NCBI GenBank assembly: GCA_963642055.1
Contig: CAVIFQ010000009.1
Coordinates: 1,322 to 65,321 of the forward strand
Direction of reading: 5' to 3'
Source of the DNA: Roseburia hominis
Lineage (GTDB): Bacteria > Bacillota_I > Bacilli_A > RFN20 > CAG-826
Length of the DNA stretch: 64,000 bases
The notes below the pieces were generated by a model. The model ran no database searches. It worked only from the letters and a program-made list of their open reading frames with translations, and was not told the origin of the DNA. Every line of letters starts with the position of its first letter. Position 1 is the first letter of the stretch. Shown here piece by piece: positions 38,196 through 46,234 of the stretch. A program made the position numbers and the translations under genes.

Positions 38196-38912
38196 ATGAT
38201 CAAAATCAATATCAAAAGGCATTTAGATAAAGCCGAAGATCCAAATCCCACTGTCTTTGTTTTAGGACGCACCACTTACGATATCGGGACCGTTTTCGAT
38301 CCCGGCAGCGATTACGCCTTGGTTATTTGCCAAAACGGGAAAATCATCGCTTCGGGCAAGAAAGGGCAATGCGTCACGCTCAATAAGAGGCAAACGAAAG
38401 TCCGCAAAAAGCTTTTCAAAAGGAGCGTTGAGGATATCCGCGTCTTCGCGGTCAAAATCGAGCACATCGGCAGCTTCAAAGCTACGGATTGGAAAGACTG
38501 GTCAAGCCATAAAAAACAAATCCACCAAACCGTCACTTTCGACGGGCAAGGCGCTTATTGCTTGAAGCTATCGGAGACTAAAGTCGCCGATTTCGTGGCC
38601 AACAACATTTTGAACTCCTCTTCTTTCAAACCCCTCAAAGAGTGGGGGAATGGCGATTCATCCCCGCTTTTAGACCATTACGTCGAGGTACTCGTCAAAA
38701 ACGCCATCTGCAAATATTACGATCATAACCCGGCGGACAATATCAATGACCTCGTGGCGCCTGCAGCAGCGAACACCTCAGGCCCCGCATATGACAAATA
38801 CATGGGATATATGCATAAACTCGAGAAAGAAGTCTTTAAGGATCTATCTCTCTTCGAGAATGCTGGCAAAAAACCATTTGCCTTCTATATCTCGTGGGTC
38901 CAAGTGCAATAA
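38196..38912 (+). CDS. hypothetical protein, possible divergent YdjI/SPFH-like paralog
   Basis: VFDPGSDYALVICQNGKIIASGKKG ... DGQGAYCLKLSETKVADFV follows the same pattern as 33813..34862. Confidence 0.55.
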   Translation: MIKINIKRHLDKAEDPNPTVFVLGRTTYDIGTVFDPGSDYALVICQNGKIIASGKKGQCVTLNKRQTKVRKKLFKRSVEDIRVFAVKIEHIGSFKATDWKDWSSHKKQIHQTVTFDGQGAYCLKLSETKVADFVANNILNSSSFKPLKEWGNGDSSPLLDHYVEVLVKNAICKYYDHNPADNINDLVAPAAANTSGPAYDKYMGYMHKLEKEVFKDLSLFENAGKKPFAFYISWVQVQ

Positions 38913-38924
38913 GGGGATAAAACA

Positions 38925-39215
38925 ATGAATTTCGATATCGGTGATACGATCACTCTCTCTTCGCAAAACGGAGAAGAGATTGATTTTAATGTCATCGCGG
39001 GCATTTCTTTAAAAGGAGCCCATGCTGGCTACTACGTCATTCTTAGGCCCGCGCAAGAAGTCGAAGGATTGGAGATAGGCGATGATGAAGCGCTTGTCTT
39101 CCGAATCAAGAAGGACATTGCGACAGGCGAAGAAGGCTTCGAGATCGAGATGGATGATGCCACGATCGAAGCGGTGTTTGCGGAATATAACCGTTTGCTC
39201 GAAGAACAAAGATAA
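38925..39215 (+). CDS. DUF1292-like small acidic protein
   Basis: 96 aa. Pattern ITLSSQNGEEIDFNVIAGISL...YYVILRP...DDEALVFRI...IEAVFAEYNRLLEE typical of DUF1292. Confidence 0.6.
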   Translation: MNFDIGDTITLSSQNGEEIDFNVIAGISLKGAHAGYYVILRPAQEVEGLEIGDDEALVFRIKKDIATGEEGFEIEMDDATIEAVFAEYNRLLEEQR

Positions 39216-39228
39216 GAGACGAAAGTAG

Positions 39229-39256
39229 ACGCCGCCCGCTGAGGCGGCGTTTTATT
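39229..39256 (+). terminator. intrinsic terminator closing the SPFH operon
   Basis: ACGCCGCC-cgctga-GGCGGCGT followed by TTTTATT. Confidence 0.8.
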
Positions 39257-39362
39257 GCTCACGATTTTACGAAGAATCGCTCAATGAGTGCGTTGAGCTT
39301 TAAGCGGTTCCCTGGATTTTTCTTTATCGCTTCATCGATTGGCTGAATAATTATTGAACGTT

Positions 39363-39932
39363 ATGAAAATAAGCAAGATCGTTCTCATCGTTGAAACCGT
39401 CATGATGTATCTGCTACACGTTCCTTTATGGGGGATCATCGTTATCGCGATGTTTCATGCGAACGACTCTTATTTGAAGACCGTCTCGAGCAATCTTGGG
39501 CTCGTTTACCGCGTTTCCGCCCTCATTTTGTTTGTTTTTGCCTATGCCGATATTTTCATTACGATGCTCAATAACCGCAAAATCGAAGGCGATAATAACG
39601 AATTCACCCTCATTATCAAGCTAGTGAGGATTCCGTGGTTTATCATGAATTTCGTTTTCTGTGTGCTTCTCTCCATCGGTATAGTGGCAGGATGGATGCT
39701 ACCTATTCTACCTATCTTCCTCACTTTAGCCTTCCTTTTCAGTTTCCTTTTATGCATTTCTTCTTCCTTGCCAGAATCCATTTCTTTCATGAAAAGCATG
39801 AGAAAAGGCGAAAAAGAGCTTTCCGTCCCTAACGTCATTTTATGGGTTTGCCTATTCGTGTTCGTCGCTGACGTAATCGCCTCTTTGTTGATTGTCTGCA
39901 ACCAAAAGAAAGAAGCGGTGGAGCGAAAATAG
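39363..39932 (+). CDS. integral membrane protein (about 5 TM)
   Basis: Start at the ATG (MKISKIVLIV). Hydrophobic throughout. No family recognised. Confidence 0.55.
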   Translation: MKISKIVLIVETVMMYLLHVPLWGIIVIAMFHANDSYLKTVSSNLGLVYRVSALILFVFAYADIFITMLNNRKIEGDNNEFTLIIKLVRIPWFIMNFVFCVLLSIGIVAGWMLPILPIFLTLAFLFSFLLCISSSLPESISFMKSMRKGEKELSVPNVILWVCLFVFVADVIASLLIVCNQKKEAVERK

Positions 39933-39951
39933 GCTTTGCTTTCGAATCTGC

Positions 39952-40081
39952 AATCTAAACAAATCTTAACAAAACTTAACAAGAAAAAGAGAATCTTAAC
40001 AAACCTTAACAAAACTTAACAAAACTTAACAAAAAAAATAGAATCTAAACAAATCTAAACAAATCTTAACAAAACTTAACA
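39952..40081 (+). repeat. 12 copies of a 10-nt word (consensus AnCTTAACAA) in three blocks
   Basis: AATCTAAACA AATCTTAACA AAACTTAACA a-gaaaaagag-AATCTTAACA AACCTTAACA AAACTTAACA AAACTTAACA aaaaaatag-AATCTAAACA AATCTAAACA AATCTTAACA AAACTTAACA. Confidence 0.9.
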
Positions 40082-40133
40082 CGAAGTATAAAATAAAGGT
40101 ATTCCTTTTTGACTTAAGGAGGTGAAACAAATC

Positions 40134-41189
40134 ATGAATTACGATAGCCCTTTTAACATTTATTTCGGCGAGCAGCCGAAATGCTTCATACCGAGAAATG
40201 AGCAATTCGACGAGATAGTGTCTACTTTCTCTTCTCCTGATCCTAGGAGCAAAGTCTTTGTGATAACCGGTCCAAGAGGATGCGGGAAAACCGTGCTTTT
40301 GTCGCAGGTAAAAAAGCATTTGGACGATGAACGCGATTGGATAACGATTGACTTGAACCCTTTTCTCGATATGCATCAGCAGCTTGCCTCCTCTCTTTAT
40401 AGTGAGGGCAAGATGAAGCATCTTTTCCTAAAAGCCTCTTTTTCCATCTCTCTTCAAGGCCTCTCCTTCTCCTTGTCTGGGGAAAGCCCGATCAATGATG
40501 TGACGGCCATCATCAAAACGATGCTGAAGCATCTGAAGAAGAGTGGCAAGCGCGTTTTAGTGACCATTGATGATGTCTCTGGCGGCAACAACATGAAGGC
40601 CTTTGTCCAAACCTATCAATCGTTTATAAGAGAGAAATACGACATCTTTCTCTTATTGAGTGGTCTATATGAGAACGTTTCCGATATTTATAACGACAAG
40701 AAACTCACGTTCTTGCTCCGTGCCCCCAAAATATATTTGCCGAAGCTCAATTTGCGCGACATCGCTTATTCTTACCAAAAATACTTATCGCTAGATCAGG
40801 AACAAGCTTTGAAAATCGCCAAAGTGACGAACGGCTACGCTTATGGCTATCAATTGCTTGGCGATCTTCTCTATCGAGCGAAAAAGAGCGAAATCGATGA
40901 AGATATCTTGGCTGAGTTTGACGCTGCTCTTGAAGATAACGTCTACGCAAGGACGTGGTCTAGTTTGTCAAAAAGCCAGCAGGCAATCGCTTTCGCTTTA
41001 GCCGAATCAAAAGATGGGTCGACCAAAGAGATACTTGAGGCTACTGGATTTAAGCCGGCCTCCTTCCAGGTCTTCCGTAAGCGTCTAGCGTATGCTGGAG
41101 TAATCGATATATCGGAACACGGGAAAATCTCCTTCCTTCTTCCGCGTTTCAAGGAATTCGTCCTCTTCCAAAAAATGCTTGGTGAGTAG
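40134..41189 (+). CDS. AAA+ ATPase with C-terminal winged-helix domain (Orc1/Cdc6-like architecture)
   Basis: Start at the ATG 9 nt after AAGGAGGTG. Walker A TGPRGCGKTVL, Walker B VLVTIDDV, C-terminal wHTH-like LSKSQQAIAFALAESKDGSTKEILEATG. Confidence 0.75.
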   Translation: MNYDSPFNIYFGEQPKCFIPRNEQFDEIVSTFSSPDPRSKVFVITGPRGCGKTVLLSQVKKHLDDERDWITIDLNPFLDMHQQLASSLYSEGKMKHLFLKASFSISLQGLSFSLSGESPINDVTAIIKTMLKHLKKSGKRVLVTIDDVSGGNNMKAFVQTYQSFIREKYDIFLLLSGLYENVSDIYNDKKLTFLLRAPKIYLPKLNLRDIAYSYQKYLSLDQEQALKIAKVTNGYAYGYQLLGDLLYRAKKSEIDEDILAEFDAALEDNVYARTWSSLSKSQQAIAFALAESKDGSTKEILEATGFKPASFQVFRKRLAYAGVIDISEHGKISFLLPRFKEFVLFQKMLGE

Positions 41190-41316
41190 CGAATTTCACG
41201 AGAATCCCCGCAAAAACGGCTTGTAGTTTTTGAAATCGTTACAAAGCAGGCCTCTTTTGCGTATATCCTTTTAATAATACGCGCGCGTGCGCGCGAAGAA
41301 ATCCCAGCGAAATCCG

Positions 41317-41350
41317 CCTAAAAAGAAAACGGGCCGTTTTGGGCCCGTTT
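41317..41350 (-). terminator. intrinsic terminator of 41365..42828
   Basis: AAACGGGCC/GGCCCGTTT stem with a T-run on the minus strand. Confidence 0.7.
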
Positions 41351-41364
41351 CCGTTAGGAGCAGT

Positions 41365-42828
41365 TTAGAAGAATCTTTCGACGAGATCGTGAGAGTATTC
41401 AACCGTCTCATCCATGTCGCCGAAGGACATGATCTCGCCAGCGTAGTAGGTGTTGTATTTGCCTTGCATGGCTTCGACTTTGTCGTACCATCCAGCGGCA
41501 TAATCCTCGCTGTAGATGTGTGGGAAGTAGTAGGTCTGGAATTCGTAGATGACTCCATCCTTGTTCTTGCCGACCGTCTTATCGCCTGGGACGCCAACGA
41601 TCTCCATATCCTTGAGGACGGTTTTCTTCGTCTCTTCGTATGGGAGCTCTTTGCCACCGTTCCTGGTCTTGTGGTGACGGAGGACATAGGTGGTGATTGG
41701 CTGATCCGGCTCATTCTTCCAGCGGTGATAATAGATCATGAGGTGACCCATTCTTTCTGGCGCCATATTGTCGACGATGTAGTGCGAGATTGGCGGGTAT
41801 TTGCCTTTCTCGATGATCATGGCCGTGGTGTCATAACGTTCATAGTCGATCTTTGAGAAGAGCGCTCTCTCATCGTCTTTGACGTCAAGCCAGGTGTCGA
41901 GGGATTTCGCCACTGGGTTATCGAGCGGGTTCTTTTCGGTGGCCACTTGAAGCGGGGCGGTGATGATCATCTTGTCGAAGACTTCCTCTTTCCCGTTCAC
42001 CGTGATGGTGACTTTCTTATCATCACGGACGACTTTGGTGATATTCGCTTTGAGGGTCGCTTGATGTTTGAGTTTGGCGTTCAACGCTTCATAAATGGAC
42101 TGGGTTCCATCTTTCCAAGTGAAGAGGTGGAGTGAGACGAAGTCCATCATGGTCTTGAAGTCGAGATATTTGAGGACATAGGCGGCTGGGATCTCATCGA
42201 AGTAGCCGTAGCCAAAGGAAGTGTATGGCTGGACCCAGACTTCCTGAACGAGCGGGCAGCCCACTTTCTCGCAGAAATCTTTGAACGGCATCGCGAGATC
42301 TTTGAGTTTCGGGTTATCGCCTTTGACGGGCTCTCTCCCTGGAGTGACGGCGAAGCCTTCGTATTTTCCGCTCGCTACACCGATATGGCCGCAGATGTCG
42401 TAGCCTTTGTATTCTGTCTCAAGGATCTTGCCGAATTTCTTGAGCTGAGCGGCGAGTTTCTTGAGGTGAATGGCATTGATTGGGTGCTTGAAGAAGTATT
42501 TGGCTGGATTCTTCATCGCCTCGGTCGTATCCCAGCGATGATCGATTCTGCCGTCTGGGTATTTATAGCCGCGGACGAGAGCTGGTCCATCGTGCGTTAC
42601 GCCAGCGAAATCCTCGACGTCTTTGATGGCGTAATAAGTCGGCGCGCCCATGATGGCGCCCATCTCATAACGTTTGCCATTGTGTGTCGGCGAGTGGCAT
42701 TTGCCTCCGACATGATCCGTCTTTTCGTAAATGACGTAGTTGTCGTATCCCTTTTTCTCGAGATACATAGCTGCGCCTAAACCGGCTGGACCGCCGCCAA
42801 TAATCGCAATGCGAATATTTTTGTCCAT
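41365..42828 (-). CDS. FAD-dependent oxidoreductase/isomerase (amine-oxidase fold; resembles polyunsaturated fatty-acid isomerase PAI from memory)
   Basis: Dinucleotide motif IAIIGGGPAGLGAAMYL, then YEKTDHVGGKCHSP...RYEMGAIMG. The specific PAI-like call rests on recollection only. Confidence 0.6.
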   Translation of the reverse strand: MDKNIRIAIIGGGPAGLGAAMYLEKKGYDNYVIYEKTDHVGGKCHSPTHNGKRYEMGAIMGAPTYYAIKDVEDFAGVTHDGPALVRGYKYPDGRIDHRWDTTEAMKNPAKYFFKHPINAIHLKKLAAQLKKFGKILETEYKGYDICGHIGVASGKYEGFAVTPGREPVKGDNPKLKDLAMPFKDFCEKVGCPLVQEVWVQPYTSFGYGYFDEIPAAYVLKYLDFKTMMDFVSLHLFTWKDGTQSIYEALNAKLKHQATLKANITKVVRDDKKVTITVNGKEEVFDKMIITAPLQVATEKNPLDNPVAKSLDTWLDVKDDERALFSKIDYERYDTTAMIIEKGKYPPISHYIVDNMAPERMGHLMIYYHRWKNEPDQPITTYVLRHHKTRNGGKELPYEETKKTVLKDMEIVGVPGDKTVGKNKDGVIYEFQTYYFPHIYSEDYAAGWYDKVEAMQGKYNTYYAGEIMSFGDMDETVEYSHDLVERFF

Positions 42829-42873
42829 GTGTTTTCTCCTTTTTAAAATGGATTTTATCCATTATAAAACACA

Positions 42874-42918
42874 ATCGGTAAAATTCTAGTGATATAAAAT
42901 TATTAACGTTTTACCGAT
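42874..42918. promoter_or_regulatory. 10-bp perfect inverted repeat ATCGGTAAAA-N25-TTTTACCGAT in a divergent promoter region
   Basis: Read directly between 42828 (minus-strand gene start) and 42963 (plus-strand gene start). Confidence 0.5.
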
Positions 42919-42962
42919 ATTTTTCCCGTTTTTATCGCCATTTTTGTCTTTATAATAGGGAT

Positions 42963-44291
42963 ATGAACGCGAAACGATACGATAGTTTTTACGCTTTAGT
43001 AAGCGAACAAAAGAAAGACAATATTGCTCTTCTTTATGAAGAAGACGGGGCGATATGCTCATTGACCTATGATGAGCTTGCGCAAAAAATCGAGGGATAT
43101 CCGTTACGCGAAGAATCATGCATCGGCATCCTCGCGGAGAATAACCTAGAAACTGTTGTCTCGATTTTTGCCTACGCGAAAGCGAAAAGGCAGATTGTCT
43201 TGCTGAACCCGCTCGATGATATCGCTCTGCTCAAAAAGCAGATCGCTGCCGCTGACGTATCCTTTTTGATTGGGAGAGAGGAACTTAAAGAAGTCCTTAA
43301 AGATAGCCTCGTCGAAAAAAAACTGCCGAATAACGGGAATGTTCTCTTCTTTACTTCCGGAACTACATCAAGTGGGAAAGCGGTGGTTTTAAGCGAAGAA
43401 TCTTTATGCGCTTCCGCCTATAACGGCGGGAGCTTATTGCCTCTAGAAGAAAGCGATACCTTGCTTTCGATCTTGCCTCTTAGCCACGTCTTTGGCTTTG
43501 TCTGCTCCTTGCTTTGGGGATTATCGTTCGGCGCGAAAGTGGCGCTTGGGCGAGGGATGAGGCATATGATGGATGATCCTAGATATTTCAAGGCCACCGT
43601 CATTTCCATGGTCCCGCTTTTATCATCGTTCCTTGCGGTAAATAAACTTTGGAACCCGGAACTTAGGCTCGTTTTAATTGGAGCAGGGCCCATCAAGAAA
43701 GAGATTATCGATATTTATAAATCTAGTGGCATCAAAGTGAGTTTTGGATATGGGCTCAGCGAGACGAGCTCTGGCGTGGCCTTATCTATCGGCGAAGACC
43801 CTTTTGCGATGAAGGTTTGCCCGGACGATACGATCAAAATAGGGGAAGACGGAGAGATCTTGATCCATGCTCCGACTTGCTTAATGAAGGGTTACTACAA
43901 AAGCGATGATAGGAGTTATCTTTTAGACGACTATCTCCTCTCAGGGGATTTAGGCTATATCGATGAAAAAGGGCTTTTGCATATCACCGGGAGAAAGAAA
44001 GATATCCTCGTTCTAAATGATGGCACCAAAATCTATTGCCCCGAATACGAGGAGAGTTTAAGGAAACTGCTCCCGGGAGCCGATTTGGCAGTTGCCTTAA
44101 AGGACGATAAATTGACGCTTTTCATTTACGAAGAAAAGATGACTCCTAATTTAGAAGACATCATCAACGAATTCAATTTGTCGCACCCCCGAGGCGCGAG
44201 AGTCGCTAAAATAGAGTATTTGAAGAGCAAATTGCCGCGCACGCAGACTGGCAAAGTCAAAAGATATGCCTTATTAGGAGAGAAACAATGA
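42963..44291 (+). CDS. AMP-binding acyl-CoA/acyl-ACP synthetase-like ligase
   Basis: AMP-binding signature FFTSGTTSSGKAV. GYGLSETSSG. C-terminal PRTQTGKVKR. Confidence 0.8.
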   Translation: MNAKRYDSFYALVSEQKKDNIALLYEEDGAICSLTYDELAQKIEGYPLREESCIGILAENNLETVVSIFAYAKAKRQIVLLNPLDDIALLKKQIAAADVSFLIGREELKEVLKDSLVEKKLPNNGNVLFFTSGTTSSGKAVVLSEESLCASAYNGGSLLPLEESDTLLSILPLSHVFGFVCSLLWGLSFGAKVALGRGMRHMMDDPRYFKATVISMVPLLSSFLAVNKLWNPELRLVLIGAGPIKKEIIDIYKSSGIKVSFGYGLSETSSGVALSIGEDPFAMKVCPDDTIKIGEDGEILIHAPTCLMKGYYKSDDRSYLLDDYLLSGDLGYIDEKGLLHITGRKKDILVLNDGTKIYCPEYEESLRKLLPGADLAVALKDDKLTLFIYEEKMTPNLEDIINEFNLSHPRGARVAKIEYLKSKLPRTQTGKVKRYALLGEKQ

Positions 44292-44542
44292 CCCGCGAAG
44301 AAATCAAGAACACCATCGTGAAAATCCTCAAAGAGAACTTAGACGAATGGGAAAACCGCGAAATAGAGGAGACGAGCGTCCTCAATACCGATGTCTCCGT
44401 CGATTCGATCCGCTTCATTTACCTTATGACGAAAGTGGAAGCGGCATTCGGCATCAATGTGCCGGAGAAGAAGTGGGCGAAACTTGTTACCTTTGGTGAT
44501 GTCATCGACGCCGTGGAAGAGGAAGTGCTCAAAAAAGCCTAG
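44288..44542 (+). CDS. acyl carrier protein-like
   Basis: 84 aa. ATGA overlap with the ligase. Phosphopantetheine-site-like DVSVDSIRFIYLMTKVE. Confidence 0.7.
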   Translation: MTREEIKNTIVKILKENLDEWENREIEETSVLNTDVSVDSIRFIYLMTKVEAAFGINVPEKKWAKLVTFGDVIDAVEEEVLKKA

Positions 44543-44545
44543 ACT

Positions 44546-45250
44546 ATGGCCGATTTTTCTAGAAATCTCAAAATCAAGGCGAGCCAAGCTGATGCTTCTT
44601 TGCGCCTCCGCCCGTCCTCTTTATTGACCCTCCTTCAGGAAATATCGATTGAGCATACGGAGATTCTTGGCTATCCCCGCGAGACGACGCTCGATAAAGG
44701 CCTATTATGGGTCGTAGCCAAAGAGCGCATCGCGATAAAGAGGATGCCGAAATACGATGAGAGCATTGAACTCATCACTTATCCGAGCAAAACCATGCAC
44801 GTGCTTTTTCCGCGTAGTTATTTACTGAAGGACGATAAAGGCGAAAGCATCATCGAAGGCAGCGCGATTTGGGCTTTGATCGATACGAAGAGCCGGAAAA
44901 TGGTAAGCCCAGTTGAGCACCATATCGATATCCCCGATTTAAGCGAAGGGCGCCCCTTTATTTTCCCACTTGGAGGGAAGATGCCTTCTTCTTTCTCTAG
45001 GGAAGCGGAAATAAAGGCCTCCTATTCCTTATGCGATCTCAATAAGCATCTGAACAACGCCTTTTATCTTGATATCGCCGAGGACTTATTGCCTATCCCC
45101 TATTTGCTGGAGCATGAAGTTAAGTTCATCGAAATCGAATATCTCCATGAGGTGAAGATAGGAGAGTCACTGCTTATCGATTACGAAAAAGTGGGCGATG
45201 ACTGTTATTTCTCTAGTCCCGCCTTCAAATTAAAACTGTCGTTCCGTTAA
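44546..45250 (+). CDS. acyl-ACP thioesterase family protein
   Basis: 234 aa hotdog-type. LRLRPSSLLTLLQEISIEHTE...GLLWVVAKERIAIKRMPKYDE typical of FatA/B-like bacterial thioesterases. Confidence 0.7.
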   Translation: MADFSRNLKIKASQADASLRLRPSSLLTLLQEISIEHTEILGYPRETTLDKGLLWVVAKERIAIKRMPKYDESIELITYPSKTMHVLFPRSYLLKDDKGESIIEGSAIWALIDTKSRKMVSPVEHHIDIPDLSEGRPFIFPLGGKMPSSFSREAEIKASYSLCDLNKHLNNAFYLDIAEDLLPIPYLLEHEVKFIEIEYLHEVKIGESLLIDYEKVGDDCYFSSPAFKLKLSFR

Positions 45251-45262
45251 AGAAAAAGGGCT

Positions 45263-46021
45263 TTAGGCCCTATTTTCTTTCTTGATCTTGAGACCGATTT
45301 CTTCAAAAGCGTGCTCTTTTTGCGGAGATTTTTCTTCTCTTTCTGTAACGCTCAGGTCTACAAGTTCTTTTTCTGCCTCGCTCATTTCTTCGTTCGCTAA
45401 TTCGATCACTTTGTGGCCACGGTGAATGTAGAGCCTCGTATTCATGAGCATGTCGCAGTAGATTCTCTCAAGCTTCTTTTGGCTGTATTTGGTGTTGAAG
45501 GAGAAGCCAACGCTTTCGAGAAGATCATATATGCACTCATCGAAAGAGCTGCTCCTGATTTTCATTTGGCAGTAGAGAGTGGTCATAAAAGAACGGACGG
45601 CTCTCTCGTTCTTATCGTCTTTGATATTAGAGTACTTATAGATGAAATGCATGAATTCGGTGTTATAGCTATCTTCTCCTTCATCGCAGTAGAAGTCCTC
45701 TTCATAAGCGAGGAAGTCCTCTTTGCTGGGAGGAAAATAGAAAGAGGCTCTGCTTGCAAGGGCGTTGACTCTCACCACGTCCTCGTCTTTATCGAGGAAG
45801 TCGGAGATAAGCATGAAGCGGTTATCGCCGATTCTTTCGACACGGAAATACTTTTTACGGTGCTTCTTGTGGAATTTCTCTAAAGCAAGAAGGGTATCGT
45901 TTTTATCGACGCCGTCATAATAATGATCGATTATCATATCGATGTTTTCATTTGTGGCGATTCCGTATAGATGGGCGATGGATTTGAAAATCCGTTCGTA
46001 TTCGGCCTGGCTTATTTTCAT
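45263..46021 (-). CDS. hypothetical protein
   Basis: 252-aa ORF with coding-like composition. No motif recognised. Confidence 0.55.
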   Translation of the reverse strand: MKISQAEYERIFKSIAHLYGIATNENIDMIIDHYYDGVDKNDTLLALEKFHKKHRKKYFRVERIGDNRFMLISDFLDKDEDVVRVNALASRASFYFPPSKEDFLAYEEDFYCDEGEDSYNTEFMHFIYKYSNIKDDKNERAVRSFMTTLYCQMKIRSSSFDECIYDLLESVGFSFNTKYSQKKLERIYCDMLMNTRLYIHRGHKVIELANEEMSEAEKELVDLSVTEREEKSPQKEHAFEEIGLKIKKENRA

Positions 46022-46121
46022 ATGCGGTTATATTTCTCTCTTACCCAAATTGTCGCAGTTTCCGCCCTTAAAGTTAAGATGCATCTGTTTGGCCACCCCT
46101 TTCGAGTGACTGGTCAAAATG

Positions 46122-46234
46122 AGTTTTTTGATACTTTGGGCTCAAAAGCACGATGAAAGTATCAAAAAAGTCGGTTGGTCAATGGAGTTTTTTGAGTGTT
46201 TAGGCTCAATTTCTGGCTGAAACACTCAATTTTC
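46122..46234 (+). repeat. left copy of about 113-bp direct repeat (two hairpin modules) abutting the stop codon of 46235..47665
   Basis: Module 1: TTTTTTGATACTTT-N18-AAAGTATCAAAAAA. Module 2: TTGAGTGTTT-N18-AAACACTCAA. Confidence 0.9.

Noticed and set aside
39952-40081. Could the tandem word arrays (here and at 7413, 49707, 62552) be CRISPR arrays?
   Set aside because: Units are 8-33 nt and directly abut or have only 2-10-nt gaps. There are no unique 25-40-nt spacers and no cas genes in the window.
41278-41297. Alternating CG stretch (CGCGCGCGTGCGCGCG) and a similar one at about 33776-33798; possible Z-DNA or regulatory palindromes
   Set aside because: They are short, with no second copy or obvious partner feature. 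They are noted as compositionally odd, but there is not enough evidence for a claim.
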